In this document: piece by piece, positions 36,511 to 50,136 of the stretch
Layout of the letters: each line of letters begins with the position of its first letter
Position numbering within the stretch: position 1 is the stretch's first letter
Origin: Eukaryota sp. GEM-RC1
Taxonomy: Eukaryota
DNA length: 64,000 nucleotides
NCBI GenBank assembly: GCA_040285855.1
Contig: JAUFOQ010000001.1
Span: 2,728,001-2,792,000, forward strand
Direction of reading: 5' to 3'
Made by a program: the position numbers and the translations under genes
Notes under the pieces: model-generated
The model's database searches: none
Seen by the model: only the letters and a program-made list of their open reading frames with translations
What the model was told of the DNA's origin: nothing

Positions 36511-37820
36511 TAATTATTATTTCTGAACTACGTATGTAGAAATTTATTGTTGCAAATAAACTCCAAGTTTAATTAAGGAACTCTTTGCTCCAATTATTGT
36601 CTTACGATTTTACATATATCCAAAGTCCAGAACCAAGTAGGTTTCACAACCGAAAATGATGACTCGACAGTTTAGTGAAAAGAAACGGTAAAATGATTTA
36701 ACCAGGTATTTTGGAGGCCGTAATGGCAAAAGCAGTGCTCTATCAGCTTGCTGTTCTGTTTGGCAGAAATAGGAAACATAATAGTACGACCACACCTGTA
36801 TGACATTTTCTTCCATAAAGCAGATTCATAAAGAGTGGTCTGTCTTTATCAACAGGTTATAGCAACATTGAAACAAATGTAAGCCAATCAATGGAAGTCG
36901 TTCTGTAGAAATATATAATAGTCTGCCTAAGATCTGAAACTGTTGTGCTGTGGTAAGAACAAGGCTTTTGATTCTGAAAGAAGACATAAATGTCTCTTGT
37001 TAGATTGTGTTTTTAATGGATCCACCCATACCTTATGTTGATGCTCTAAAAGCCCTTCACTCCTGTCCAAAACCCTTTGTGACTCCCTCCCACTTCCAGT
37101 TAGACACTCCTCGTACTCCATGTACGAGAAGTCTTCAAAAACCTTTGTGAAGACATTATCACCTATACGAACAAGATCTCTTAAGTCTCATATCGGCTTC
37201 ATCTCTTCTGATGTTGCTTCTCCTCATCCATATAAACCACAGTCTGTCAAGACCGTTTCTTCCTCTGACAATGCCATTTATCAAGAACAACCACTTTGTT
37301 CTGAACCTCGATCTCCTTCATATGTCGCTGCTCAACTTTCCTTTCAAAGATTTTTGTATCGTTAAGAGTTGTGTCGTTCTTATATTTGTTGTTCATTTTT
37401 TCAGTTTTTTGGATAGTTGACCGTTCGACCTGTTAATCAGCTTTAAAGAGAGTTTGACTGTAAAGTGAAGCATGTTCAATTTCTTCGGTTTCCGGTCAAT
37501 CTAAATTTCTCAATCTCTTCAGCTTACAATTCTCATCAAAGAACTTCTTGATTATTGAACCAATACTGTGTTAGTTCCATTTTTCTTCTGGTTCTTAAAG
37601 ACACAAAAGTACCTACTGATATATAGTGGATCTTATACATCCTTTCAAGTTGGCATCGACTCGCAATGCAGTGTCATGACAAAAGGAATAAACATCGGTA
37701 TAGTGAGTTGTCCATAACAAACCTAGATCAATTATGTCATATATATTGAGATGATATGCTATTGCAATCCATAACTCAATGAAACTATTTTTATAGAACT
37801 CAATTTGGAGAATCGTCAAG

Positions 37821-38039
37821 CTATTTTAAATACTTGTCCCTTGCGGTTTCTCTCAGTTTTGGGTCTATGTCTAAGCAGACATGTCTCTCTGGTCTCATTG
37901 CACATTCCTCCTCTGGTACTGGGCTGAAGTCACCTTCTTTCCTCCTGGCAGCTAGACATTCCATTTCTAGTCTATGCTGCTCCTTCATTGCTTTGGTTTC
38001 TTCTTTGTGTCTCTGTTTGAGATCTTTAAGGTCAGACAT
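37821..38039 (-). CDS. Small charged hypothetical protein
   Basis: Coding-like composition, MSDLKDLKQRHKEE...; no recognised motif. Confidence 0.4.
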   Translation of the reverse strand: MSDLKDLKQRHKEETKAMKEQHRLEMECLAARRKEGDFSPVPEEECAMRPERHVCLDIDPKLRETARDKYLK

Positions 38040-39406
38040 TGTGGAAGTTGATGGAAATGTTGTGTGATACAGTTTGCTATACTCTCGCAGATATCTGTTT
38101 TTCCTGGTATCTTTCTCTGTTGTCATAATCGCTTGCTAGTCGTCATTGATGTATTTCAATACTCTGTGATATCTTTAATTGTCGTGTTCTGTCGATTTTT
38201 ACCACACGTATTTTTAATCAATTTACTACTGCCTTTGTTCCGATTTGACAACAATTTTTGAGATATATATTCATCCAGATGCCTTGTTTAAAGCACTGTA
38301 ATTCAAAATAAACCACTTGATTAGCCATCTTATCAGCAACGATCGAAATTTTTATTAAGTTCCAATCATTCATTTCTACTACGTCAGGGTTCACTAAAGT
38401 AGTAAAAATTACAGTGGTTTATATTACTTCAGCTATAAAGTACAATATGATCTTTTGTTTTTCAGTTTCAAATTTCCATATAGCCATGACTTCCCTAAAC
38501 ACCATATAACAGATGTCAGTGTGTGTTGGAGATGATGTAGTTTCTGTAGGGAATAGCAACAATCTCAAGACGTCAGATACTGATTATTATTTTACAGTGA
38601 TTGAAGTGACTCCCAAGTTTGAAGAGTCGATGTTGGTTAAATAAGTGTTTATCAACAGCTCGATAGTTGGTGACAGATTTTGTTGACTTTCTATATTAAC
38701 ATTTAGATATAATTGCTTCATTGGACCACTGAAAACCAACATTGAAGTTTTGCTACTTGACTCACCTTGAAATTTCGAAGTAAAGTAAATTGTTGTTTTT
38801 TTGGAAATACATGTATTTAAGTTATTCCAAATGTAAGGCTAAACAACTAAAATTTGATATCATTAAAACAACACCCCTCACTATCAAATCTTACAACAGC
38901 TTTGTCCTCATAAAAGGAACTCACTGCTGATAAAGCTTTTGAGATGATTAGGAGAAATGTTTTAAAAAAAGCTAATACGGTACGAATTGTTGATTATTTA
39001 CCTTTATTCTTTATAGAATTTACTTTTACATTCCCCTATAAAATATTTCCTACAAACTCATTTGTTCTAGCCATTCTATAAGAGGTAAAGTCAACAAAAG
39101 CCCTTCAGCGCTTAAGTAAAACCTGTTGTAGATTCAAGAATCTAAAATTACTCAGGGATTTCCTTGAAAAGAAAAAGCCTGATGGTAATTCAGATGACAA
39201 TTTATTCCCTGTTTCGTCAGAGTCAGAGTCTGACACAGTCACAAAATGGTGGAAACGGTATTTAGTAAAAAATTGTCATGGTAAAACCTTAGATCTTGTT
39301 TGTGATGACGTCATGCCCAAGTATGTTCGAGATACATCTAGAAGAACTCTGTCTGTCAGAAACACCAATAAAAATACAATTTACTTAAGACAAAACAAAA
39401 AGAATA

Positions 39407-40593
39407 CTATTTCAACAATTTTTTCAAACCATCAGAGATTGCAGGAACATAACGTACAATAACGTCTGTTGCAACAACAGCCACTACCATTGCAACATAG
39501 ACACAGATCACGTTATCAACGGAAAAAAGTCCAACGATGGTCATAGAAACCCATGAAACCAAAAAGCCAATGAACAACAAAAATTGGTAAGATATGACGA
39601 CTCCAATATTTGAAATAATCAAAAATTAGCTTTGGAACAAGGTTCTTTGAGATCAAAATGCGGAAAGCTTCCAACACAATCAAATTCTGGCACAAAAAGA
39701 ACACATTGCTGATTGGATTTTTGTTTGAAGTAATGATCATCATTTTCAAACCCATAATGATCAAATCCTGACGAAACAAAGAACATTGGAACGAACAGCG
39801 CAATCCAACCAACGATTGCAATCAAATTGAGCTTCTTCATCGGAACAGTTTCTTTGTTGTAAGGTCGCCAGTAGCAACCTAGATAGGCTCCAACCATTGG
39901 GAAAATGATCCAACTTCTGAAGGGAAAGGTACTGAGGACCCCAGTTCCAATGATGAAATATCCCATAAAGCCAGTAGGATCAGTTTCTGGAGGAGCGAAG
40001 TCAAACATGGACAGAACTATGACAAGAAGGATGGTCACGGCTAGTTGGGCGTTCTTCTTCATCTCTAAAGCTCTAAAGAAGGCAATGAAGACTAGAGCAC
40101 CACCAACAAAAGGGTATATGTCAACTCTGAAGACAATGTTTAGATAAGTCCATCCGAAATCACTTGGGCAAACTTCTTTAGTCAGACAGCTCACATAGAA
40201 AGGAATGGTTCCACGGCAGATGTTGAGGAGATATCCAAAGCCCCATAGTTTCAAACCTCTAACGAAGAGCGGCTTTGCAGGATTACGCTCTGGATCTGCA
40301 CAGTTAATCCCCAATATGAACATGAAGAAGACGGCAACATTCCCCGGACCTACAGCTGTCCATCTGAACCAGGCGGTATCTTGAAGATCAAAAGTGGCAA
40401 AGTATAAAACAACGTGTTGGATGACCATGAGAAAGACTGAAAGACCACGAAGAAGGTCCATCGCCTTTTGACGATGTTCTACTTCTGGATCTTTTGTGAT
40501 GATTTTGGAAGTAGATTGCTCACCATTCTCGTTAGTCCTGAGAGGATTGGGCGTGGTCAATTCAATCATAACGTGCGCAGCATTCTGAGTCAT
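39407..40593 (-). CDS. Membrane acyltransferase-like protein (HGSNAT catalytic / DUF1624-like), two homopolymer frameshifts
   Basis: RQKAMDLLRGLSVFLMVIQH, RGLKLW..GYLLNICRG, FPFRSWIIFPMVG, and after correction WSRHILPIFVVHW. Confidence 0.72.
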
Positions 40594-42411
40594 CTTTGAC
40601 AGAAAAGTTCAATGATGATGTTTCTTTAAGAGACTTTCTGTCCTGTCCATCAAATTCTATTGTTCTCTGTCTACATAACAGCAACAACATTATAGTGCTT
40701 CTTGCATAACATGTCTTACTCATAAGTATCTATGACTTATACTAAACATTAGCCAACCCAAGTTCTCTCCATCTAAATAGACTTACTCATCTCACCAAGA
40801 GTGTCCGCGTAAGGGAAGACTGTGGACATTTGATCGATCGCAGTTGCTTGATCTATCGTTGTTCCGCTTTCCAAAGTCCGTTTACATTGTTCATTAACAC
40901 TCTTTGTACTCTTCTATATACAGATAGAAGAGTACAGTTCTCCCTTGATTTAAGCTATGTTGCCGAAGATTTCTTCTTCGAAAAAGGTCCTCGAGTTGAT
41001 CCAATAATTGAACCCCAGCTTGATCTTCTCCTACGATGTGGTGTTGTTCTCACTTCACTCGTCAATATGATGACGTTGACAGACTTGACACGTGTCAGTC
41101 TTTACTAACTCATCTGACTCAGATACATGTGTGTTAATGTTCTTTGTAATTCGAAGGAGAATGTGAATCAGTACATTTCTGTTTACTACAACCATCCATC
41201 ATGACTGTCTGGATTGGAGTTTTTACTACTCTGCAAGTATTGAAATAATTCTACTTATTTGAGGTTAAAAGTCAGGCTTTGAAATGGCCATTGGTTCTTA
41301 GATTTTAAATCAAATGATGATGCACGTATAGAATGGTATGAAAGAAACACAAATACTCGTGTGTTAATTATATAGAAAATCAAATTAATTTCTAGAGTGA
41401 TGGCTTTTCTACTTTTTTTATGTTTGGTGTCTTCTGATTCTGACGGTTTATCATCTCTTGGAAAACATCATGAAGATAAAGCGGCTCAAAATTTCCAGAT
41501 TCAGTCTTGATGTTTACACTGACACTTCAGTATATCTAGATCGTCCCTTAGTAGTTCGAATATATATGTTCAAATAAAATCAGTTTGAGTTTGAGGTAAA
41601 TAGATAACAAATGGATTGAATCAGACTAATTATTGATTTGCACTACTTCATGTCACGAATGTGTTAACTGTTAACTGTTCCTCATAACGAAACTTAAGTT
41701 CAGATACCAGTAACAATGGAGTCTGAGTGTCGGTGATTCACAAAATTTGTGCCAGTTAATGGTTTTTTTTAAAATAGTCATAGTGATGATATTTGTAGTG
41801 TAAAATTGTAGTGTCATCAAAGTGAGTGTTAAATTTAAGAATCTTTGGTCATCTACGATGTCAAGAATTATTATGAGCACTACATGCATTACAATAACAT
41901 GTACTCTAATATTTAGAATGTTAGTGACTACACTTTTTACCAACAGTGAATCCTACAAGTCGATGCAATTTGCAAAGGAAATTGTCAAGTTAGATAGGAG
42001 AATTCTAAGCAACACTCAAGATGGTTATCAACTGTCCTCTGGTGATTGTGATGTGATGTCATTCAGTAAGAAGAGCGAGTACAAAACTAAAATGAAGGAT
42101 TGCATTTGTGCCTCAGCATTTGAACAGATTTTACTGTATGATGAAAACTTTGGTTTCCCGCAAATCTGGACCCTAAGTTCTTGTGTTTTTTCTGTGCTGG
42201 TGTGTGGTAATCAATTGTTGCAAATAAACCTATCTTCTTCCATAGACCGCAATTATTCCTAATACACTGTACATATACTGTACTTAGTTTATTCAAAGCA
42301 AAAGTGATCAGAAATTCACATGTAGGTTAAAAATAAATAAATAGTTTTTTTAAATAAAAGAAGGTAATCAATAAAATAGTTTATTGAATAACGAAAAGAG
42401 GAATGTTAATT

Positions 42412-43929
42412 CTAACACTTCATGTCAGGAGTGCGTTGAAGTGGACAAAACAAGTTCATGTTAACATAAGGATCAATTTTGTTGAAATATTCAATCTCAG
42501 GATAATGGAAATTTCCAAATACTTGACAAATCGATGAAGTCCCATATCCACAATAAGCAGGCTTGTCAGGCCAATTCTCACGATAAATAGCAAGCTGTGC
42601 CAAATCCTTGGGAGTTTGCTCCTGTGGAACAATAAAGTCAATCAAATCAGGATGGAAAATGCCTCCTTGTTTCAAAAGTTCAAATACAAATGAACTACAA
42701 ACAAGCTGGCGATTACCATCATACATCCAGTCCTTGTCTTCAGGAATAGCAAGAAGTTGACCAAAGTTCATATCTCCTCGTTTAATGAGAACTTTAACAA
42801 TGTCTTCTACAGACTTAACAGAGTAATCATTGAGGCGATGGCGGAGACCTGCAAACATGATAGTATCAATGTAGTCAGGGACAACGGCTTCAGCGATCTT
42901 CGTAGCAACCAATATCATTTGCCAAGTGAAGCTTCCTGGCCAATTATCATGCTCAGCTGAAGTAAGAAACAAGAGGAGGAAACCATACTGTCAATAAAGG
43001 TGTATATGAAGTTTGACATACCATATGGTGTCCCTTCGTTACGTTTGAACCATTCTACAGCGGCAGAATTGTTGAACCTTTTAGAAATGTCATCGCTAAG
43101 AGGCATCAATATCGCCATCTCGTATTTTATTGTACTTTCCTCCTTCAACCACCGTTCAAAAGGAGTGGCAGAAAATCCCCTTCTGGGCTTGAATTCCTTT
43201 CCATGGGCCTGATAAGTAGACTCGACGAAATGAAGGACACCGTCGATATCAAGAATAATACCGCTAGTATTAGTATAAAGAAAAGGGAACAAACCAATGA
43301 CCAGCAAATGCACCAGTTCCAAAGGAGATGATTGTAGTTATAGCAGATCCACCATCTGATTCAAGGATCACGTCACCAGGTCTCAATAAGTTCACATCGA
43401 AGGCGGTGGGTGGAATATGGCGGGGTTGAAGCGTGATGTTGAGTCTTTCTTGAAGAAAGTCAACGTTTTCTCTAGCCGAATGTTTCCCCATGAACATATG
43501 TAATGTGTGGAACACGTCCTTAGCATTGTGGATGAACGATTGGTCGACATTGAAGATGAAAACACCGTTTTTCTTTGCGTCAATAAAGTCTTGATCAGAG
43601 AGACGTATGTGCCATCTATGACGACCACGGAAGAAAACTTCTCGTAAGTGAAGGCCAGATTGTGTTAGAACAAGGTATGTATCCATGCAGACAGGAGATC
43701 GAGCATATGAAGTTTCAAGCGAAACGACAAGCTTCTTATCCTTATCTTGGAATTTGAACGTCATGGTATTTTCATGAAAGCATCTCGCGTCCCAATCAAA
43801 AGAACGATCACCATCAGAAGAGTTGAAACTGGTTACCAATGTGGGAAGAAAGTCGAAGTGTGATGACTCGACAACAGCACACGTTAGTGATAGAAGAAGA
43901 AGGACGATCAATAAGACATAGATCAACAT
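42412..43929 (-). CDS. Secreted permuted papain-like (YiiX/YaeF-type) protein; introns 43264-43294 and 42957-42988
   Basis: Signal peptide; LRPGDVI, GHCGII after splicing, EGTPYG, and VCSSFV give His-before-Cys order; QEQTPKD. Confidence 0.65.
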
Positions 43930-44551
43930 GATGTCAGATGGTTTAAAAAGGTAGAGGCAGAAATTGAATTGGATTGAACTTTCCGTGTTCTGAGGAACTG
44001 CCTAGACTAGTAGTAGCATGTTCAACTAAATTCTCATGTCTGATAATGTAGATGAAGAAATCTTGTAATAGACAGACAACAATTAAACGAGAATAAACTG
44101 ATGTGATTAAACAACAAATGAATTTGTCTATACAACAGATGTCAGATGTCATTTTGTGGTTTAGTCTCTAAAAGTCCTTGTTCTTGTCAGGCTGTGCTTG
44201 GGTTTGATGAAAATTACTCCAGAAATTGTTGTCCAAAAGGAAAATACAGTATAAAACATCCCTTATTAGCTAAGAAAGAGAATCATAGTGGTGTTTTAAA
44301 TCAAAACTACTTTAATGTTGTACGTACTATTTTAGTACCATTAAAAATGAGATTGCCTCGCAAACCAATGATACACTACCTCTCACATTCCAATCAATTA
44401 AGTGTAAGAATACATGCTATTCGATGCATACAATGCAACAAGAGTTCTCTAGAAACAAGAAAAACAAATCCTTCAGTAAACAGTGTTTCACAAGAATAGT
44501 AAATTAGAAAAACAATCTTCATCATACATAATGTGGCTAGGATAGAATATA

Positions 44552-44696
44552 CTATATCCTGCCTAATGGAGCACCCCTAAAACCAAAATGAACAGGTGCT
44601 CTAAGATATAGCACCTGCCTAATAGAGCACCTGTAATTATAAAAGGTGTATATCTGGTCACAATTAGGAGAAGGTGCTCTATTAGGCAGGGTATAG
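44552..44696. mobile_element. Tc1/mariner-type MITE (145 bp)
   Basis: TIR CTATA(T/C)CCTGCCTAAT(G/A)GAGCACC with TA on both sides; an internal third copy of the TIR core. Confidence 0.8.
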
Positions 44697-44886
44697 TACT
44701 TTTGACAATCCATGTAATCTATAGTATAGAAAAAAACGGGGTTTATGATCAATCAGTGATATCAATGCATTTGCAGAAGTTAATATAGATAGATGTCATT
44801 TAAATGGACGGTCAAATTGGATCAGTGCTTAAGTGTTTCCGATACCTGTTGATTCTTTTGCTAATTCTTGTGGTTGATTCGTCCAA

Positions 44887-47315
44887 ATGAACTCTCAGTC
44901 TTGTTTTATTTGTGGAACTGCTGGACCGTATTGTGTTAAGGTCTCTGGTAATCGATATGTCTGCATCGATGAATGTCTTGACCAATGGGAATCCAATCCA
45001 TGCCCAGCATCTCCCCCTTCCGATCCTTCTTCCCCTGAACCTCTCTCTGACTCCCCTCCTCCGTTTCCTAGGTCTCCTGAGTCTATCTCCTTACAACAAT
45101 CTTTAATTGTTTTGATTACTTCTCACATACTTCAACGTCTCCTTATGCGCTTTCTTAATCAGAATAATTGTGCATTCCGCCGTCATCTAACTGGAATGAT
45201 CAAACAAATAGCAGCCCTAACAGAACAAGTTGGTCACGTCAGCTTAAGCTTTCTAGACTGCTCCTTTCCAGCAATTAAACACTTCTTTGAAACAAACACC
45301 TTCTATGTTTCTACTGAAGATCTTCCTTCGCTCTCTTCAATCTCTTCTTTCTTTAAAGCTGATGTGAGGTCTGTTTTCTTGTGTAATGTAAGTCTTTCCA
45401 ATGTTGCTCAACCATGCTACTCGGATTGGTTACATTGTGTTTCAGGCATTTCCATTTCATTAAACTCTACTAGTAGTGGTATTTGTGATGATTTTTCCTT
45501 TACTACTCACTTTTCAGGACTTAAAACAGTTAATATCGTAGTGAACTCACCCATGGTCTTCAGTTCATTCTGTCAATCATTTCTGATTAATTCTAGATCT
45601 GTGGAGGAAATTAATTTAAAATTTAGACTTGGCTCTACTTCCAAATCTGAATTACTATCTCTTGGTGAAGTATTTTCATCTGTTAAAACTTTAAAAACTG
45701 TCACACTTGAGTTCTACAATCATGATGACGATACTGAACGTGATGATTACACGGAAGTACTTGACGATGAAGACTTTGCGAATTTGTTCAATATCATTGC
45801 TCAATGTAGTTCCATTAGATCTCTTAATTTGACTTATTTTATTACTTTTGATTGCACTTACAGTTGGACAACGATCTCTTCTTCAGTGGTTCTTATGCCA
45901 CTTTTCAAAAGTAATTCTCTTAAAAGTTTAGCTTTCCCACAGAATTGTTCTTTAGATTCTAGAGTCTGTAACGCTCTTAAAAACAGTTTGACTATTGAGG
46001 AATTAACTCTAAATTTGACGGAATCTCATTATAAACTATGCCAAGTTTTGAGCTCTAGCCAGATTTTAAAAAAACTCAAAATTTTAAAAACTTCATCTTC
46101 ACTTTCACCTATTTTTGAGTCATTGGGTTCCAATACTTCTTTATTAGAGTTAGAAATAACTCATGATGGCTTTCGACCATCATTTAATGACCGTGAGGCT
46201 GCATCTCTAAAGAAAATGTTGCAATTTAATTCAACTCTCCTTGTTTTAAATTTGGATGGCTCTTTAATTAATTCATTTCATTTAAACAGTATTCTCGATG
46301 GAATTCAGTTGAATTCAGGACTAAAAACAGTTGGCTTTCCCCACTCGGATTTAAGTTGTTTAACGTTGTTATTTGAAGCAATTTCTCGAAAAGAGTTACG
46401 TCCTCTGACTAAGGTATATCCCCACTATATTGATTTTAGTACTGGTTCTATTTGTTATGACAACAATATTGAAAATTCTGATTTAGTTACACTTTCCGAA
46501 GCTTTGAAATCAAATGTTCCAATCAAACGTGTTGATTGTCGTCGATTGAGCAGTCCAAATCTAGAAGGGCTCATCGCTTTATTTGAAATTCTTTCCATCA
46601 ACAAGTCATTGATAGATGTTAATATTTCCCCCATTCTATTGATGTTGAAAAGGGCATTCTTGGTTATTCCCCCAGCTTTCTCACTCCAATTACTCCTAAA
46701 GATATTTCAAATCTACAGTCTTTTCTAGAGTTGTTTAAAATCAATAAGTGTATTCTTTATAGATGCAATCTTTCTGATGAATCAATCACTGCATTGTGTA
46801 CCTTAATTAAAGACAATCATTCATTGACTTCTCTTGACTTGAGTTACTGCCCTTTATCTCATGGCAATATTTTAAAACTAATACATTCATTGAAAGTTAA
46901 TTCTGCTTTGGACAGTCTCAGTCTCGAAAATTGTTCGATTACACTCAAAAGCTTACAACTACTTTTCGAATTTATTTCAACTGGGTGTAGACTTTCCTGT
47001 CTCCATGTATCTCCTCATTCAATTAATACTGGAAGTGGATTGTTTTGTTTTGCACCCCGAGTTTCTACCAAAATTACTACCAAAGACGTGTCATCGCTAA
47101 AGTCCTCTCTAAAAAGACTCAAAATTAATAAACTTGAGATGCATAGATGTCGTTTTTCTAATGAAGTAATTACGGCTATGTGTGATTTAATCAGAGCCAA
47201 TACTTCTTTGACTTCTATTGACTTCAGACACTGTGAGTTGTCCGGTGAACAGGATTCAAGATTAATGATTGCCCTTCAAAGCAACTCTCATTTAACAACT
47301 CTTTCAGAACATTAA
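44887..47315 (+). CDS. Divergent LRR protein with N-terminal C2-C2 motif and family domain; one C missing near 46628
   Basis: CFICG..VCIDEC, SLQQSL..HILQRLL, FFETNTF..ADVRSVFL, and RI-like repeats (NTSLTSIDF, NHSLTSLDLSYC). Confidence 0.7.
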
Positions 47316-47963
47316 TTCTTTCAATACTGAGTTTTCTTCAAGAAATTAGTTTGTTTTAATTTAAAACTTTTAAATCAGTGTTCTACTCTTAAAACCTAAG
47401 TATTGGTTTAAGTATTGGATCTAAACAGAGATATGCACCAAATCAGAACATTTTTTGAGCTTACTTGCAGTATCACTTTTTGGTCCGGAGTTCAGCAGGT
47501 CATCCCCCATTATTTCAAGATTTCAACTCTCTACTTTGGCTTAATCTGTTTGTCTTAACGGTATTTATTTCTAGTTATTGTTGCAGTCTTTGATTGTACA
47601 AGGAATTATCCAAAAAGTGGCATGTGAGTCTGATTTTGAAGAAGTTTGGTTGGAGCTTTTGAATGATATTAAAAGTGCTAAGAATCAAGAGACTCTTTTG
47701 AGCAGTATTCCTAAACAACAACTTTGTGTGAGGTTTACTGAGCAGTTTGTTAAGGTTGTACCTGGGCATAGGCCTTTTTGAGTAGTTTTTATTGGGATCC
47801 CTTTAATAGTGTTATGGAGTGTACTGTTGAAGAGGGAAGGGAGGATGTTAGAGTAGAGGGGAAGTTGCTTTTGGCGGCGTTAACTAATGACGTGGCAGTG
47901 GCGGGGTCAAAGCTGCTGCAGAAATACACATAAAATTTAGGAAATAATAACATGAATAAAAAC

Positions 47964-48085
47964 TAGAGCTGTCAAACGGCTCGGCTCAAGTCGTATCCAT
48001 ATATGGCTTGACTTACTCAAATGCCTCCAGCCGAAGCCAGAATTCTCCAAGCCAGGTCATATGGCTCAAGCCGCTGACAGCTCTA
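47964..48085. mobile_element. hAT-type MITE (122 bp)
   Basis: TIR TAGAGCTGTCA; 8-bp TSD ATAAAAAC (47956-47963, 48086-48093). Confidence 0.9.
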
Positions 48086-50136
48086 ATAAAAACTTCATAA
48101 CATCATCATAGTATGTACCAACGATTTCAAGTCCATGATCACTACGACTTAACAAAGCATACGGATAACAGTTACCACGACTTAATCTGGGAAGAGTTCC
48201 AGTAAGATTAATTGAAGAATTACTCACGGATTTGATTGTTAAAGTGGAATTAACTAGATTTACATTGATTTCGAGTAATTCACCAGGATTCCACTGAGTT
48301 TTGTTTCCTGAGAGACATCCCCAAACTTGATTACCAGTATTGTGGAAACAGTGAGCATTCAAATAACAATGACATTCATCACTAAACCTAAACTTTGACT
48401 CGTCAATGACTCCAACAACAAGACCACTAGTAGTCCCCTGGTACCTCAACTTCCAAGTATACTCATTACCTGGAAGAAGTGGATCTTCTCCCAAGATATG
48501 TCTATACCCACTACCACCACTTCCAACAACAACTCTCTTTCTATCCCCACTAACATGTAACTCAGAATGTTTTTTAGTTGGGGGAAATCTAATCACTTTT
48601 GATTGAGACGCCACTTGAATTTCTGTAGTTGTCTTTTTAAGTTGTTAAATTGTTTGTTTTAGTTTGTTAGTTTCGTTAGCCTTTGTAGTAGTTAAATTCT
48701 GAATATCAATTGTTAAACCATCATTGTTTCCTGCTAGATCAGAATTCCTTTTCTTCAGATTAGAGATTTTCTTTTTTGAATCACGTGATAATTGAGTGAG
48801 TTGATCTTTTAAAGCTCTATTTTGCTGTGACACAGTGGACAATTGATTGACAATCTCTGAGTTCTTCTGTTTAGTAGCATCTAACTGATTTTTGACAGAA
48901 TTAAAGACATATTCAGATACCGTTGATTTCAATTCCAACTCTAATGCGAAAACTGCATCATTTATATTTTGAGAAAACTCTTGACACTGTGATAATTCAC
49001 GTTCTTTTCAGAAATTTCTGATTGAAGTGACAAAACTCTGATGTACAATTCAAAACTCTGTGATTCAAATAATTCAAATCAGTAGAAGATCGATCATTTA
49101 TACGACTGTTTAACTCATCTTCAACGGACTGGCAATCGTTTGAAAACTCTTCAGATAGTTTGTTCAATGATTCATATATATCTTCTAGACTTGGTCTTTC
49201 ATTCATGTCCACGTGGCAACAACTTGAAATCAAATCAACAATACATTGGTCAATAAGTGGAGGAAATTTCAATCGCAAAGTACCCATTTTGGCTCCACAA
49301 ATTGCAGCAACATCATATCCTTCAAAAACAAGCTCATTGCAAAATAATTCATAAAGAATCAGACCAAGGCTGTAGATATCCGATTTGAGAGACTTTCTAT
49401 TAGACATAGCTTCAGGAGCTACATATTTAAAGGTAAAGCTCAATTGATTAACTTTGAGTGTGGTTGTTTCTGAAAGGACTTTCGAGGTACCAAAGTCACT
49501 CAATTTAGCTGCACCTCCTACAATCAACACGTTTTCTGGTTTAAGATCACCATGTAGAATGTTGTGGGAGTGCAAATGTAGAAGTGCTTCTACAATCTGT
49601 TTAGCATAGGTTAAGGAGAGAGGAGAAACTGAGGATGGTACAGTAAGGGAAGCGGACGCCATTTCCATAACAATGCCAAGTTGGTTCTCGGGTAACCAAA
49701 CAAGGCCAAAGACACGCAAAACACACGGATGGTTGAGATTAAACATGGTCAGCAGTTCTTTACGGAGTCTAACTCTGTCCTTTTCAGAGTTACAGAGAAC
49801 AACCTTCACAGCTATCGTTGCATTGCTCCACGTCCCAGAGTAGACACGAGAGGAACCACCAACACCAAGAGGTTTAGAGAAATCGATCAGGAGGTCGCTT
49901 TGAGGAATTTCACAAAGGAACTCCCCAGATTTAGATGACGCGATAACGTCTAATAGCGCAAGATTGGTTACAGGCTCCGGCAGTTTTGGGCTGCGGCAGA
50001 AAGGACAGGCGGAAACAGAGGAAGCACATATCAAACACACGGTGTGCTGATTAAGACAGATGACAGTGGGAATGCGATCCTTAGCGTCAAAGGGCTCTTC
50101 ACATATTTTACATCGGAGGATGTTGGATATAGACAT
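48066..50136 (-). pseudogene. RING-HC - protein kinase - coiled coil - SPRY-like gene; two homopolymer indels (~49005, ~49053) and an in-frame TAA at 48645
   Basis: CKIC..C..H.VC..C..CPFCR RING; GVGGSSRV, AVK, HGDLKPEN, DFG, APE kinase motifs; tail near-identical to the BTB genes. Confidence 0.75.

Noticed and set aside
36620..37120. Possible decayed integrase on the minus strand (SHKG.., HYGLPKYLV-like fragments)
   Set aside because: Too degraded to support without a profile search.
11752..48647. Stop-codon reassignment suggested by in-frame TAG/TAA at 11752, ~32751 and 48645
   Set aside because: They align to different residues in paralogs (Lys, probably Ser/Cys, Glu), and TAA/TAG terminate conserved genes normally. 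They are nonsense mutations or errors.
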